64,000 nucleotides of DNA from an uncultured Acidobacteriota bacterium (lineage in GTDB: Bacteria > Acidobacteriota > Thermoanaerobaculia > Multivoradales > UBA5704): the NCBI GenBank assembly GCA_963700145.1, contig OY969474.1, positions 1,952,001-2,016,000 of the forward strand, in the 5' to 3' direction. Both the position numbers and the translations under genes were made by a program. A model generated the notes under the pieces. The model ran no database searches. It worked only from the letters and a program-made list of their open reading frames with translations, and had not been told where the DNA came from. Numbering within the stretch: the first letter of the stretch is position 1; every line of letters starts with the position of its first letter. Shown here piece by piece: positions 18,680 to 29,074 of this stretch.

Positions 18680-18772
18680 CCCAGATCCTTCGCTGTGCTC
18701 AGGATGACGAGAGTGCTCATGCCGGACACGACCCCATTTTGAGCGAAGCCTAGCGCAGCGAAGGATATTGGG
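18680..18772. repeat. REP-like inverted pair (CCCAGATCCTTCGCTGTGCTCAGGATGAC ... GCGCAGCGAAGGATATTGGG)
   Basis: Inverted arms; first arm 25/29 identical to the copy at 54715-54743. Confidence 0.65.
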
Positions 18773-18783
18773 GCTGACGCTTC

Positions 18784-21700
18784 TTAGCGGGTTCCGGCGA
18801 CTGGCGCTTGGCCGAGCGCCGCCAGGTCGGCGCCGTTCTCGCGCGCCTCCTTGGCGGCGCGCTGGTACTCCTCGCCCTTGCCCAGCGCCTTGGCGGCGAT
18901 CGCCAGGAGCACCTGCCCTTCGGTGCCCTCGATGCCGCCGCTCTCGATTCCCCGGCGCAGCCGCTTGAAGGCGCGGTCGTAGACGCCGCGCTGCATCTCG
19001 AGGCGCGACTCGAGGACCTTCATCTCGCGGCCGATCCAGCCGCCCATCCCCTCCTCGAGGGTGCGGTCGGCGCGCTCGAAGTCGGCCTGCGCCTCCGCGG
19101 TCCGCCCCTGGTCGAGGTGGAGGCGGGCGAGCCCCAAGTGGATCTGTCCGTCGAGGAGCCGCCGCTCGCGGCCGTCGTCCTCGCTCTCCTCGTCGCTGCC
19201 CTCGACCTCGCCTTCGACCGGCGCCGCCAGCGCCCGGGCGAACAGCTCGCCGGCGCGGGCCCCGTCGCCGCCCGCCGCGGCGTCCATCGCCTGGTACCAG
19301 AGCACCCGCTTGGGCGAGCGGCTCTCGTCGAAGAAGCGGCCGAAGACCTCCTCGTGGCGGTCCATCCAGAAGCCCTTCGGCTCGTGCTCGACCGCGATGT
19401 CGAAGTTCGAGGTCTCGCCGCGGATCAGGATGTGGGCGCGGCCGGTCAGGTTCGCCTGCTCCTTGCCGTCGCGCCGGGCCTTGCCGGCCGGCGGCTTGCG
19501 CGGGTCGTAGAGGGTCATCTCGACCGGCACGACCAGCGCCGAGTCGGCGACGGCGACCTGCTCCAGCCGCTCGCGCGCGACGTCGAAGCCGGCGGCGGTC
19601 TTGACCGCGCGGTAGCGGAAGCGGTAGGGCGCCTGCTGCCGCGCCGTGCCCTTGACCGCCCACCCCGCCTCGCCCTTCTCGAAGCGGTAGGTGTAGTACA
19701 CCTCGGGGAGGCCGGTGCCGTAGACGTACTGGTCGGCGAACCAGTCGAGCTCGCCGCCGGTCATCTTCTCGAAGAGGACGAAGAGGTCCTCGGTCGAGAG
19801 CGGCCGGTGCGCCACGACGCGCGCCGTCTCCTTGAGCATGCGGGCGAAGGTCTCCTCGCCGACGCTGCGCGCCAGCATGTCGAGGATCACTGCGCCCTTG
19901 TAGTAGACGATCGCCTGGTAGGCGGCGTCGGAGCGGCTCGACACCAGCCGGGCGCCGAGCACCACCGGCCCCACCGCCTCGACCGGCCGGCCGTCGTCGA
20001 GGGTCTCGGTCAAGGCGCGCTGCCAGCCGGTCGTCGGCCCGATGCGGGCGCGGTCCAGCCACTCCAGCTTGTTCTTGGCGTAGAGCAGGGCGGCGTAGTT
20101 GGCCAGGGCCTCGGAGAGCCACTGGTCGCGGTAGCTCGACCACCCCACCATGTGCCCCCACCACTGGTGGGCGATCTCGTGCGCCACGATGGTGCGCCGG
20201 TCCTCGAAGCCGAGCAGCTCCTGCAGCCAGTCGAGGTCGGCCATCATCAAGTTGGAAAGAGTGACGAAGCCGAGCATCGCCTGCGAGAACTCGCGCGGGC
20301 TGGTGACGACCGTCAGGTGGTCGAGCGGGTAGGGACCGAAGATCTCCTCGAAGTAGGCGAGCGACCCTGCCACCGCCTGCGCGATCTCCTCGCGCTCGGC
20401 GCGCCCGACGATGTCCTTGCCGGCGGCGTCGAAGGCGAGGGTGACGGTGACGTGGCCCGCCGGCACGGTCTGGACGTCGAAGTGCCCGACCTCGAAGGCG
20501 AAGCCGACGGCCGGGAGGTCGAGGGTGCGCCGCTCCCAGCGCGTTCCGCCGCGCTCGCCGCCGTCGGCGCGGACCCCGCTGGCCAGCAGGTCGAGCTGCT
20601 TCGGCCAGGTGAAGGTCGCGTCGTAGCGGGCGCGGTCGAGGGTGCCGGCGCGCGGGTACCAGTCCTGGGTGTCGAGCAGCTGGTAGGCGCGGCCGTCGCG
20701 GTGGAGGAGGTTGCCGGCGTACTCGACGACGACCGCCAGCGGCTCGCCGGCCTCGGGCGCCGCCGGCAGGAAGACGTTGAGCTCGCCCGCCGAGCGCAGG
20801 AAGAAGAGCGGCGCGCCGGCGCCGTCGGTCACCCGCTTGACCTCGAGGTCGCGCGACAGGCGCAGCGCCAGGTTGCGCGAGCGCAGCACGGGCTGGAGGT
20901 CGAGGCGGGCCTTGCCGACGAGCCGCTCTCCCTTCTCGGCGATCGTCACCTCCAGTGTGTACTTCTCGGGCTCGAAGGCGGCGGTGCCGGGCAGGGGCTT
21001 GCCGTCCTTGGCGCGCAGCGCCGCGGAGAGCCAGGTGTCCCACTGCCCCATGTCGTCGAGCTCGACGCCCATCAGGCGGCCGCGGCGCTGCTCGCGGTGC
21101 ACGGCGCGGCGCAGGCGCCGCTTCTCGCGCGCGCTCGCCTCCAGCGGCACGAAGCGGCCTAGCGTGACCTGCTCCTGCGCGTCGGGCTCGACCACGTAGA
21201 GGAAGTCCCCGAGCTCGCCGCCGCGGCACCAGGCGGCGAAGTAGCGCTGGTAGAGCGGATCGGCGGCGGCGTCCATGAAGACCCCGGCCTCGACGTTGAG
21301 GAGTCGCCGCTGCGCGCTCCCCTTCCAGGCAGCGTAGAACGCCTCGGCGGCCTTGACCGCCTCGGGCGGGAGCGCGGCGGCCTTGGGCTTCTTGAGCAGG
21401 GCGTCGACGGCGCCGTCCATCCCCAGCACCAAGACCGCCTCGGTGAAAGGCTGGTCGAAGCGGCCGTCGCCGGTGAAGAGCTCGAGCTGCCCGGCCTCGA
21501 TCCGGTCCGGCGGCTCGACCGTGATGCGGCCGCTGCCGCGGAAGACCATCTCGACCACCCGGCCGCCGACCGGCGTCGCCGGCAGGAGCACCCCGTCGTC
21601 GAGCCGCAGCGTGCCGATCCCGGCCTCCAGCTTGACGCGGCTGACCTGGACGGCGCCGGCCGGCTCCAGCCGCGCGGCGCGCACCTGGGCGAGGAGGGCC

Positions 21701-21795
21701 GCGGGGTCGGGCTCGGCGGCGCGCGCGGAGACGGGAGCGGACAGAGCGGCGGCGAGCAGGGCGAGGACGGCGGACGGGCGTCGTACGGCGGACAT
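18784..21795 (-). CDS. Exported M1 family aminopeptidase with C-terminal TPR-like region
   Basis: AHEIAHQWWG...WLSEALA (HEXXH-E), YYKGA; signal peptide. Confidence 0.9.
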   Translation of the reverse strand: MSAVRRPSAVLALLAAALSAPVSARAAEPDPAALLAQVRAARLEPAGAVQVSRVKLEAGIGTLRLDDGVLLPATPVGGRVVEMVFRGSGRITVEPPDRIEAGQLELFTGDGRFDQPFTEAVLVLGMDGAVDALLKKPKAAALPPEAVKAAEAFYAAWKGSAQRRLLNVEAGVFMDAAADPLYQRYFAAWCRGGELGDFLYVVEPDAQEQVTLGRFVPLEASAREKRRLRRAVHREQRRGRLMGVELDDMGQWDTWLSAALRAKDGKPLPGTAAFEPEKYTLEVTIAEKGERLVGKARLDLQPVLRSRNLALRLSRDLEVKRVTDGAGAPLFFLRSAGELNVFLPAAPEAGEPLAVVVEYAGNLLHRDGRAYQLLDTQDWYPRAGTLDRARYDATFTWPKQLDLLASGVRADGGERGGTRWERRTLDLPAVGFAFEVGHFDVQTVPAGHVTVTLAFDAAGKDIVGRAEREEIAQAVAGSLAYFEEIFGPYPLDHLTVVTSPREFSQAMLGFVTLSNLMMADLDWLQELLGFEDRRTIVAHEIAHQWWGHMVGWSSYRDQWLSEALANYAALLYAKNKLEWLDRARIGPTTGWQRALTETLDDGRPVEAVGPVVLGARLVSSRSDAAYQAIVYYKGAVILDMLARSVGEETFARMLKETARVVAHRPLSTEDLFVLFEKMTGGELDWFADQYVYGTGLPEVYYTYRFEKGEAGWAVKGTARQQAPYRFRYRAVKTAAGFDVARERLEQVAVADSALVVPVEMTLYDPRKPPAGKARRDGKEQANLTGRAHILIRGETSNFDIAVEHEPKGFWMDRHEEVFGRFFDESRSPKRVLWYQAMDAAAGGDGARAGELFARALAAPVEGEVEGSDEESEDDGRERRLLDGQIHLGLARLHLDQGRTAEAQADFERADRTLEEGMGGWIGREMKVLESRLEMQRGVYDRAFKRLRRGIESGGIEGTEGQVLLAIAAKALGKGEEYQRAAKEARENGADLAALGQAPVAGTR

Positions 21796-21834
21796 CGGAG
21801 CTCCTTGGCGCGACGGAGAAACTTCCGGATTTTA

Positions 21835-23031
21835 TCAAACCGGCCGCGCCGGGACCACGCGGCGCGGCGCCGCGACGGCGATGCCGGCGGCGGCGGCCAG
21901 GGCGAGGGCGGCGCCGAGGCCGAAGGCGGCGGGGGCGCCGGCGCGGTCCCAGACGAAGCCGAAGAGGAGGGCGGCGGGGAGGGCGCCGAGGCCGAGGGTC
22001 AGGTTGTACCAGCCGAAGGCGGTGCCGCGCCGCGCAGCGGGCACGAGGTCCGCGACCAGCGCCTTCTCGACCCCCTCGGTCAGGCCGAAGTGGACGCCGT
22101 AGGCGGCGAAGAGGGCCCAGACCTGCCACTCCGCCCGCGCCGCGCCCAGGCCGAGGTAGACGAGCGCGTAGAGCCCCCAGCCGGCGACCAGCAAGGGCTT
22201 TCTGCCCAGCCGGTCGGAGAGCGCGCCGCCGGGGGTGCTGGCCAGCGCCTTGACCGCGTGCAGGAGGGCCCAGAGGACCGGGATGAGCGGCGCCGCCACC
22301 CCGAGCTGCGCCGCGCGCAGCAGGAGGAAGGCGTCGCTGGAGTTGCCGAGGGCGAAGAGGAGGATGACCGCGAGGACGGCCCAGAAGCGGCGCGGGAGGG
22401 GGACGCGGAGGTCGGCGGCGGCGGGCGCGGCGGGCGAAGGCTCCGTCGCCCGCGGCGTCTCGCGCACGGCGACGATCAGGAGGATGACGGAGAGGACGCC
22501 CGGCACCGCCGACCAGAGGAAGACCTCGCGCAGCGGCATCCCGGTCCAGCTCAGGAGGGCGAAGGCCACCAGCGGCCCCACCACGGCGCCGGCGTGGTCG
22601 CCGGCGCGCTGGAAGCCGAAGGCGCGGCCGCGCACCTCGGGCGGGGTCGAGTCGGCGATCAGGGCATCGCGCGGCGAGGTGCGGATCCCCTTGCCGACGC
22701 GGTCGCCGAGGCGGATCGCCAGGACCTGCGCCGGCGCACGCGCCAGCCCGACGAGCGGCCGCAGCACGGTCGCCAGGGCGTACCCCAGGACGACCAGGGG
22801 CTTCCGCCGGCGCAGGCGGTCCGACCACCAGCCGCTGCCGAGCTTCAAGAAGGCGGCGGTCGATTCGGCGGCCCCTTCGATCGCCCCGAGCGCCGTCGCC
22901 CCGGCCCCCAGGACGCCGGTCAGGAAGAGCGGCAGGAGGGGGTAGATCATCTCGCTCGAGGCGTCGGTCAGGAAGCTGACCGCGGCCAGGGCGACGACGT
23001 TCCTGCCGAGGCGGGGGCGGACGGCGGGCAT
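21835..23031 (-). CDS. MFS transporter
   Basis: SDRLRRRK and SDRLGRK motif A, DRVGKGIRTSPRDALI; about 12 TM segments. Confidence 0.92.
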   Translation of the reverse strand: MPAVRPRLGRNVVALAAVSFLTDASSEMIYPLLPLFLTGVLGAGATALGAIEGAAESTAAFLKLGSGWWSDRLRRRKPLVVLGYALATVLRPLVGLARAPAQVLAIRLGDRVGKGIRTSPRDALIADSTPPEVRGRAFGFQRAGDHAGAVVGPLVAFALLSWTGMPLREVFLWSAVPGVLSVILLIVAVRETPRATEPSPAAPAAADLRVPLPRRFWAVLAVILLFALGNSSDAFLLLRAAQLGVAAPLIPVLWALLHAVKALASTPGGALSDRLGRKPLLVAGWGLYALVYLGLGAARAEWQVWALFAAYGVHFGLTEGVEKALVADLVPAARRGTAFGWYNLTLGLGALPAALLFGFVWDRAGAPAAFGLGAALALAAAAGIAVAAPRRVVPARPV

Positions 23032-23058
23032 GCGGGCGGTAGTATCCTTCACTCACAG

Positions 23059-23982
23059 ATGCCCCTCGAGATCGGCTCCGCCTGGCAGCGCGCCTGGGAC
23101 GGCACGGCGCGGCGGCTCTTCCGCCCCTTCGACTTCCGCACCTGGCTCTGGCTGGGGTTCTCGGCCTGGCTGGCCCACCTCCTCGAAGGCGGCACCGGCT
23201 CGGTCAGCTTCCCGGCCGACTTCCCCGTAGGCGCCGACGACGGGCCGGAGCTGGGGCGGGCGGGGGAGTGGATCGGCGAGAACCTGGGCTGCATCCTCGC
23301 CGTCGTCGTCCCGATCGTCCTGCTGCTGCTCGCGGTAGTGGTCGTCCTCTCCTACCTCAAGGCCCGCGCCGAGTTCGTCTTCCTCGACCAAGCGGTCGGC
23401 GGCCACATTCGCTTCGAGGGGCCCTGGCACGCCTACCGCCGCGAAGGGAGGTCGCTCTTCCTCTGGCGCTGGGGCCTCTTGGGGGTGACGTTCGCCGCGA
23501 TCGTGGTCCTCGTCGGGCTGGGCGTCCTGCTCTGGCTCCCCGCCCGCGACGGGCTCGACACCGGCCTCGCCGTCGCCGCGCGGATCGCGCTGACGGCGCC
23601 GATCGTCCTCCTCTTCACCCTCGCCGTGCTCGCCTGCGTGCTCGCCGACTTCTTCCTGAAGCACTTCGTGGTGCCGATCATGGCCAAGCACCACCTGACG
23701 GCGTCCGCCGCCTGGCGCCGCTTCCTGCCGCTCCTGCGCGCCAACGCCGGGGGGTTCGCCCTCTACGTCATCGTGACGCTGGCGGTGTGGATGGTGGTCG
23801 GCATGGCGGTCCTCTTCGCCGGCTGCATGACCTGCTGCATCGGCTTCGTCCTCCTCGCGATCCCGTGGCTCGGCATCCTGCCGCTGCTGCCGGCGCTGCT
23901 CTTCTTCCGGCTGCTCTCGGTCCACTACCTGGCCCAGCTCGGGCCGGAGTACGACCTCTTCGCCCAGACGCCGGCCGCCTGA
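23059..23982 (+). CDS. Hypothetical integral membrane protein
   Basis: Several TM helices, host-like codon usage, GCMTCC motif. Confidence 0.7.
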   Translation: MPLEIGSAWQRAWDGTARRLFRPFDFRTWLWLGFSAWLAHLLEGGTGSVSFPADFPVGADDGPELGRAGEWIGENLGCILAVVVPIVLLLLAVVVVLSYLKARAEFVFLDQAVGGHIRFEGPWHAYRREGRSLFLWRWGLLGVTFAAIVVLVGLGVLLWLPARDGLDTGLAVAARIALTAPIVLLFTLAVLACVLADFFLKHFVVPIMAKHHLTASAAWRRFLPLLRANAGGFALYVIVTLAVWMVVGMAVLFAGCMTCCIGFVLLAIPWLGILPLLPALLFFRLLSVHYLAQLGPEYDLFAQTPAA

Positions 23983-23983
23983 A

Positions 23984-24029
23984 ACGAGAACGGCCGGCGG
24001 GGTCGCCCCCCACCGGCCGTCGGTCTCGT
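23984..24029. terminator. GC-rich hairpin between convergent genes, probable end of the ribosomal superoperon
   Basis: ACGGCCGG..GGGG / CCCC..CCGGCCGT stem with outer ACGAGA/TCTCGT. Confidence 0.5.
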
Positions 24030-24045
24030 CGCGAAGCGGGCGCGG

Positions 24046-24699
24046 CTACTCTTCGGCCGCGTCATCCCGCTTGGCCGGCTTCTTCTTCGCCGGCTTCTTG
24101 GCGCCGCCGGCGGGCTTCGCCTGCTTCTGCTTGGCGGGCTTGGCCGCCTTGGCCGCGCCCTTGGCCTTCACCTTCCCCTTCCCCTTCCCCTTGGGCTCCT
24201 CCCCCTCCTCTGCCTCGGCCTCGGCGGCCTTGCCGCGGCGGCCCACCCCGGCCAGCCGCGCCGCCGCGGCCGCCATGGCACCGCGCTTGGCCGGCTTCTT
24301 CGCCGGCTTCCCGCCCTCCGCCGGCTCCGTCCCCGCCCCGTCCGCGCGCTCGACCAGCTCCAGCAGGGCCATCTCCGCGCCGTCCCCCTTGCGGGGGCCG
24401 AGCTTGACGATCCGCAAGTAGCCGCCCGGGCGCTCGGCGAAGCGCGGCGCGATCTCGTCGAACACCTTCCGGACCAGGTCGCGGTCGGGGATCCAGCGCA
24501 GCACCCAGCGGCGGGCGTGCACCGTGCCGTGCTTGCCGTGGGTGATCACCCGCTCGGCGATCGGCCGCAGCTCCTTGGCCTTCGGCAAGGTGGTCTTGAT
24601 CCGCTCCGCCGCCATCAGCGACTGCAGCTGGTTGCGGAAGAGCGCCTCGCGGTGGGCGGAGGTCCGCCCCAGCTTCCTGCCCTTGACGCCGTGACGCAT
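24046..24699 (-). CDS. rplQ: 50S ribosomal protein L17 with long Lys/Ala-rich C-terminal tail
   Basis: [25 protein letters not shown]. Confidence 0.97.
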   Translation of the reverse strand: MRHGVKGRKLGRTSAHREALFRNQLQSLMAAERIKTTLPKAKELRPIAERVITHGKHGTVHARRWVLRWIPDRDLVRKVFDEIAPRFAERPGGYLRIVKLGPRKGDGAEMALLELVERADGAGTEPAEGGKPAKKPAKRGAMAAAAARLAGVGRRGKAAEAEAEEGEEPKGKGKGKVKAKGAAKAAKPAKQKQAKPAGGAKKPAKKKPAKRDDAAEE

Positions 24700-24711
24700 G
24701 ATTTCCTCTCC

Positions 24712-25692
24712 TTAAGCCGAGGCGCCGACGCCGACGGGCCTGTCCGGCACGTCCATGCCGAGCGAGAGGCCCAGCTTGTCGAGGACTTCCTGCACCTCTT
24801 CGAGCGACTTCTTGCCGAAGTTCTTGGTCTCCATCATGTCGCGCTCGCTCCGGCGCACCAGGTCGCGGAGGGTGTGGATGTTGGCGTTCTTGAGCGAGTT
24901 GGCCGAGCGCACCGAGAGGTCGAGGTCGTCGATCGACTTGGCCAGCAGGGCGTCGATCCCAGCCAGCTCCTCGGAGGCGCCGGCCTCGCGCCGCAGCCCC
25001 TCCTCGGCGCCGAAGATGGCGAGGTGCTCCTGCAGCAGCTCCGCCGCCATCGACACCGCCGTCTCGGGGGTGATCGTGCCGTTGGTCCAGACCTCGAGGA
25101 TCAGCCGCTCGTAGTCGGTGGCCTGGCCGACGCGCGCCGCCTCGATCTTGTAGTTGACCCGCCGCACCGGCGAGTGGGCGGAATCGACCGGGATCCAGCC
25201 GATGCCCATCGACTCGTCGCTGTTGCGGTCGGCCGAGACGTAGCCGCGGCCGCGCTTGACCAGGGCCTGGAGCTTGAGCCGGCCCTCCTCGTTGAGGGTG
25301 GCGATGTGCACGTCCGGGTCCACCACCTCGAGCGTCGGGTCCTCGGTCATCTGGCCGGCCTTGACCGCGCCTTCGCCGTCGACGTCGATGACCAGCACCT
25401 TCGGCTCCTCGCCGTGGAGGAGGATCGGCACCTGCTTCAGGTTGAGGATGATGTCGGTGACGTCCTCGACCACGCCGGCCAGCGAGGAGAACTCGTGGAG
25501 CACCCCCTCGATGTGCACGGCGGTGATCGCCGCCCCCTCGATCGAGGAGAGCAGGCAGCGGCGCAGGGCGTTGCCGACGGTGGTGGCGAACCCGCGCTCG
25601 AACGGCTGCGCGGTGAAGCGGCCGTACGTCGGGGTCAGGGTCTCGGTGTCGATCTCGACCCGCTTGGGTCGCTGAAAACCTCTAGTCGTCAT
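24712..25692 (-). CDS. rpoA: RNA polymerase alpha subunit
   Basis: PFERGFATTVGNALRR, LSVRSANSL, NFGKKSL. Confidence 0.98.
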   Translation of the reverse strand: MTTRGFQRPKRVEIDTETLTPTYGRFTAQPFERGFATTVGNALRRCLLSSIEGAAITAVHIEGVLHEFSSLAGVVEDVTDIILNLKQVPILLHGEEPKVLVIDVDGEGAVKAGQMTEDPTLEVVDPDVHIATLNEEGRLKLQALVKRGRGYVSADRNSDESMGIGWIPVDSAHSPVRRVNYKIEAARVGQATDYERLILEVWTNGTITPETAVSMAAELLQEHLAIFGAEEGLRREAGASEELAGIDALLAKSIDDLDLSVRSANSLKNANIHTLRDLVRRSERDMMETKNFGKKSLEEVQEVLDKLGLSLGMDVPDRPVGVGASA

Positions 25693-25724
25693 GAAGGCTC
25701 CTTCTTAGTGGGCTCCACCCGGGA

Positions 25725-26354
25725 TTACCGGCTGTAGAGCTCGACGATGAGCTGCTCCTGGATCGGGAGCTTGATGTCCTCGCGCGCCGGCTCGCGCAGC
25801 ACCTTGCCGGCCATGTTCTCGGCGTCCAGCTCGAGCCAGTCGGGGACGCCCCGCCCGCGCGCCGTCTCGACGCTCTGGCGGATGAAGTCGTTCCCCTTGC
25901 TTCCCTCGCGCACGGCGATCGTCTGATTGCCGCGCACCTGGTAGGAGGGGATCGAGGTCTTCTTGCCGTCCACCAGCACGTGGCCGTGGCGCACGAACTG
26001 GCGCGCCTGGGCGCGCGAGGCTGCGAACCCCAGGCTGTAGACGACGTTGTCGAGCCGCCTCTCGAGCATCACCAGCAGGTTCTCGCCGGTGATCCCCTTC
26101 TTGCGGTCGGCCTCCCGGAAGTAGGTCCGGAACTGGGCTTCCAGCACGCCGTAGATGCGCTTGACCTTCTGCTTCTCGCGCAGCTGCAGGCCGTAGCCCA
26201 GGGTGCGCCGGCCGCGGCGCTGGCCGTGCTGGCCGGGCGGATAGCCCCGGCGCTCGATGGCGCACTTCTCCTTGAAACAGCGGTCCCCCTTGAGGAACAG
26301 CTTCATCCGCTCCCGGCGGCAGAGCCGGCAGACGGGTCCGGTGTATCTGGCCAC
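25725..26354 (-). CDS. rpsD: 30S ribosomal protein S4
   Basis: [24 protein letters not shown]. Confidence 0.98.
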   Translation of the reverse strand: MARYTGPVCRLCRRERMKLFLKGDRCFKEKCAIERRGYPPGQHGQRRGRRTLGYGLQLREKQKVKRIYGVLEAQFRTYFREADRKKGITGENLLVMLERRLDNVVYSLGFAASRAQARQFVRHGHVLVDGKKTSIPSYQVRGNQTIAVREGSKGNDFIRQSVETARGRGVPDWLELDAENMAGKVLREPAREDIKLPIQEQLIVELYSR

Positions 26355-26464
26355 TTGCTCTCTCCTTTACGTCCTCTCCGCGACGCTACGCGGACTTCGA
26401 CTCGGGAAGACGCCGGGACGCGGCCCCGGCGCGCCCGGGGCCCGGCGTCCCGCTTCCTGAACGG

Positions 26465-26860
26465 CTAGACGCGGCGGCGCTTGCGCGGCCGGCAGCCGTT
26501 GTGCGGGATGGGCGTGACGTCCTTGATCGACTTGACCTCGATGCCCGCCGCCTGCAGGGCGCGGATGGCCGACTCGCGGCCAGCCCCCGGTCCCTTGACC
26601 AGCACGTCGACCGAGCGCAGCCCCAGGTCCTTGGCCGTGTTGCCGGCCGCCTGCGCCGCCACCTGGGCCGCGAACGGGGTCCCCTTGCGGGAGCCCTTGA
26701 AGCCGATGCGGCCGGCCGACGACCACGCCAGCACGTTCCCCTCGGGGTCGGCCAGCGAGACGATCGTGTTGTTGAAGGTGGCCTGAATGTGCGCCACACC
26801 GTGGGGCACGATCCGCTTCTCCTTCTTCTTGCCGGCCTTCTTCTCACCCGGTTTTGCCAT
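26465..26860 (-). CDS. rpsK: 30S ribosomal protein S11
   Basis: [29 protein letters not shown]. Confidence 0.98.
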   Translation of the reverse strand: MAKPGEKKAGKKKEKRIVPHGVAHIQATFNNTIVSLADPEGNVLAWSSAGRIGFKGSRKGTPFAAQVAAQAAGNTAKDLGLRSVDVLVKGPGAGRESAIRALQAAGIEVKSIKDVTPIPHNGCRPRKRRRV

Positions 26861-26870
26861 TGATGTCCCC

Positions 26871-27254
26871 TTACTTCTTCATTGCCTTCTTTTTGCCCGC
26901 CACGGCGCCGCGGCGCGGGCCTTTGCGGGTGCGGGCGTTGGTCTGCGAGCGCTGGCCGCGCACCGGCAAGTTCTTGCGGTGCCTGACCCCGCGGTAGCTG
27001 CCGATCTCCATCAGCCGCTTGATGTTCTGGCTGACCTCCTTGCGCAGGTCGCCCTCGACGCGCCCTTCGTCCTGGATCACCTTGCGGATCCGGCGCGCCT
27101 CGTCCTCGGTGAGGTCCCTCACCTTGGTGGTCGTCGGCACCGCCGCTTCGGCGAGGATCGCCTGCGCGCGCGAGCGCCCGATGCCGTAGATGTAGGTCAG
27201 CCCGACCCACACCTGCTTGTGCTGGGGGAGGTCCACTCCTGCGATGCGTGCCAT
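26871..27254 (-). CDS. rpsM: 30S ribosomal protein S13
   Basis: [27 protein letters not shown]. Confidence 0.98.
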   Translation of the reverse strand: MARIAGVDLPQHKQVWVGLTYIYGIGRSRAQAILAEAAVPTTTKVRDLTEDEARRIRKVIQDEGRVEGDLRKEVSQNIKRLMEIGSYRGVRHRKNLPVRGQRSQTNARTRKGPRRGAVAGKKKAMKK

Positions 27255-27260
27255 ATGCGC

Positions 27261-27374
27261 TTACCCCTGACGCTGCTTGTGTTTGGCGTTCTCGCAGATC
27301 ACCCGCACGACGCCCTTCCTGCGGACGATCTTGCACTTGGGACAGATCCGCCTCACCGATGAACGTACCTTCAT
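27261..27374 (-). CDS. rpmJ: 50S ribosomal protein L36 (not in the ORF track)
   Basis: Hand translation [37 protein letters not shown]. Confidence 0.97.
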   Translation of the reverse strand: MKVRSSVRRICPKCKIVRRKGVVRVICENAKHKQRQG

Positions 27375-27399
27375 GACGCTTCCCTTTCCGTGCTCTCCA

Positions 27400-27621
27400 C
27401 TACTTCAGCCGGTAGACGATGCGCCCCCGGTTCAGGTCGTAGGGGGACAGCTCCACCAGCACCCGGTCTCCCGGCAGGATGCGGATGAAGTGCTTGCGCA
27501 TCTTGCCGGAGATGTGCGCCAGCACCTGGTGCTTGTTCTCGAGCTCGACCCGGAACATCGCGTTCGGCAGCGGCTCGACGACCGTCGCCTCGACCTCGAT
27601 CGCCTCCTCTTTCTTCGGCAC
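27400..27621 (-). CDS. infA: Translation initiation factor IF-1
   Basis: [31 protein letters not shown]; GTG start. Confidence 0.97.
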   Translation of the reverse strand: MPKKEEAIEVEATVVEPLPNAMFRVELENKHQVLAHISGKMRKHFIRILPGDRVLVELSPYDLNRGRIVYRLK

Positions 27622-27680
27622 CTCCGCCGGCGCGGACCGCCGCGCCGCCGGCTTGCCGCGGGGCCGCCCGCCGCGCTGCC

Positions 27681-28478
27681 TCACGCCCGCGCCTCCGCGG
27701 CGGCCGGCTGCTCGGCCGTCGCGTAGTGGTACGCCGGGTCGGTGCCCAGCACCCGCGCCCCGGCGTCGGTGACCGCTACCGAGTACTCGAAGTGCGCCGA
27801 GAGCGACCCGTCCTCGGTGCGGGCGGTCCACCCGTCGGCGTCCATCACCACGCCGCTCGATCCGGCGTTGACCATCGGCTCGATGGCCAGCACCAGGCCC
27901 GGACGGAGCCGCGGCCCCTTGCCGGGCGGGCCGTAGTTAGGCACCTGCGGGTCCTCGTGCAGCGAGGTGCCGACGCCGTGCCCCGAGAACTCGCGCACCA
28001 CCGAGTAGCCGTGCTCCTCGGCGTGGCGCTGGACGGCGTGCCCGATGTCGGACAGCCGCCCCCCCGGCCGCACCTGCGCCACCGCCAGGTGGAGGGACTC
28101 CTCGGTCACCCGCAGCAGGCGCAGGGCGTCGTCGCCCACCCGCCCCACCGCGTAGCTGCGGGCGGCGTCGCCGTAATACCCCTTGTAGAGCACGCCACAG
28201 TCGATGCCGACGATGTCCCCCTCGGCCAGTTGGCGGTCGCCCGGGATGCCGTGCACGATCACCTCGTTGACCGAGATGCACAGCGTCGCCGGGTAGCCGC
28301 GGTAACGCAGGAAGGCGGGCACGCCACCGGCGTCGCGGATCATCCGCTCGGCCGTGCGGTCCAGCTCGCGGGAGGTGACGCCCGGGGCGATCCGGCGGCC
28401 CATCTCGTCGAGCACCCGGTGGACGATCCGGTTGGCCTCGTCCATCAGCTCGATCTCGCCCCGGGTCTTCAGGACCAT
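27681..28478 (-). CDS. map: Methionine aminopeptidase type I
   Basis: [33 protein letters not shown]. Confidence 0.96.
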   Translation of the reverse strand: MVLKTRGEIELMDEANRIVHRVLDEMGRRIAPGVTSRELDRTAERMIRDAGGVPAFLRYRGYPATLCISVNEVIVHGIPGDRQLAEGDIVGIDCGVLYKGYYGDAARSYAVGRVGDDALRLLRVTEESLHLAVAQVRPGGRLSDIGHAVQRHAEEHGYSVVREFSGHGVGTSLHEDPQVPNYGPPGKGPRLRPGLVLAIEPMVNAGSSGVVMDADGWTARTEDGSLSAHFEYSVAVTDAGARVLGTDPAYHYATAEQPAAAEARA

Positions 28479-29074
28479 CACCGGGGATCTCCGAGCGCCG
28501 CCAGGATGTTGGAGGTCACCTGCTCGATCGGATGGTGCCCGTCGACCTCGCACAGGAGACCCCTGCGCCGATAATAACCGACGAGCAGCGGCTTCGCTTC
28601 CCGGAAGACGTCGATCCGCGCCCGCGCCACCGACTCGCCGTCGTCGGCGCGCCCCCGGTCGGCGATCCGCTGCATCACCTCGTCCTCCGGCACCTGGATG
28701 AGCAGCGCCGCGTCGAGGGCCTCGCCGCGGCCGGCGAGGATCTCCTCGAGAGTCGCCGCCTGCCCCTCGGTCCGCGGGTAGCCGTCGAGGAGGAAGCCGC
28801 GCGCCGCGTCCGGCTGCGCCAGCCGCTCGCGCACCACCTCGGCCATCGTCGCGTCGTCCACCAGCGCGCCGTCGGCCAGGAACCCGGCGACCCGCCGCCC
28901 GAGGTCGCTGTCCGCCACCACGGCGGCGCGCAGCATCTCCCCGGTCGAGATCGCCGGCACGCCGAGCTCGGCGGCCAGGATCTGCGCCTGCGTGCCCTTC
29001 CCCGAGCCGGGGGGGCCGATCAGCACGAGCCGGCGCGGCCTTCCGCCGTTGCGCGAGGTGGTGATCTCAGCCAC
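28478..29074 (-). CDS. adk: Adenylate kinase (short-lid type)
   Basis: GPPGSGKGTQ, GFLLDGYPRT. Confidence 0.96.
   Translation of the reverse strand: MAEITTSRNGGRPRRLVLIGPPGSGKGTQAQILAAELGVPAISTGEMLRAAVVADSDLGRRVAGFLADGALVDDATMAEVVRERLAQPDAARGFLLDGYPRTEGQAATLEEILAGRGEALDAALLIQVPEDEVMQRIADRGRADDGESVARARIDVFREAKPLLVGYYRRRGLLCEVDGHHPIEQVTSNILAALGDPR

Noticed and set aside
18593-23056. Very long alternative-frame ORFs (1487 aa here; also 38287-41694, 56114-59200, 60256-63132, 6496-8673 and others)
   Set aside because: Shadow ORFs of high-GC coding regions; they overlap well-supported genes and have Arg/Pro/Gly-rich or antisense-type composition
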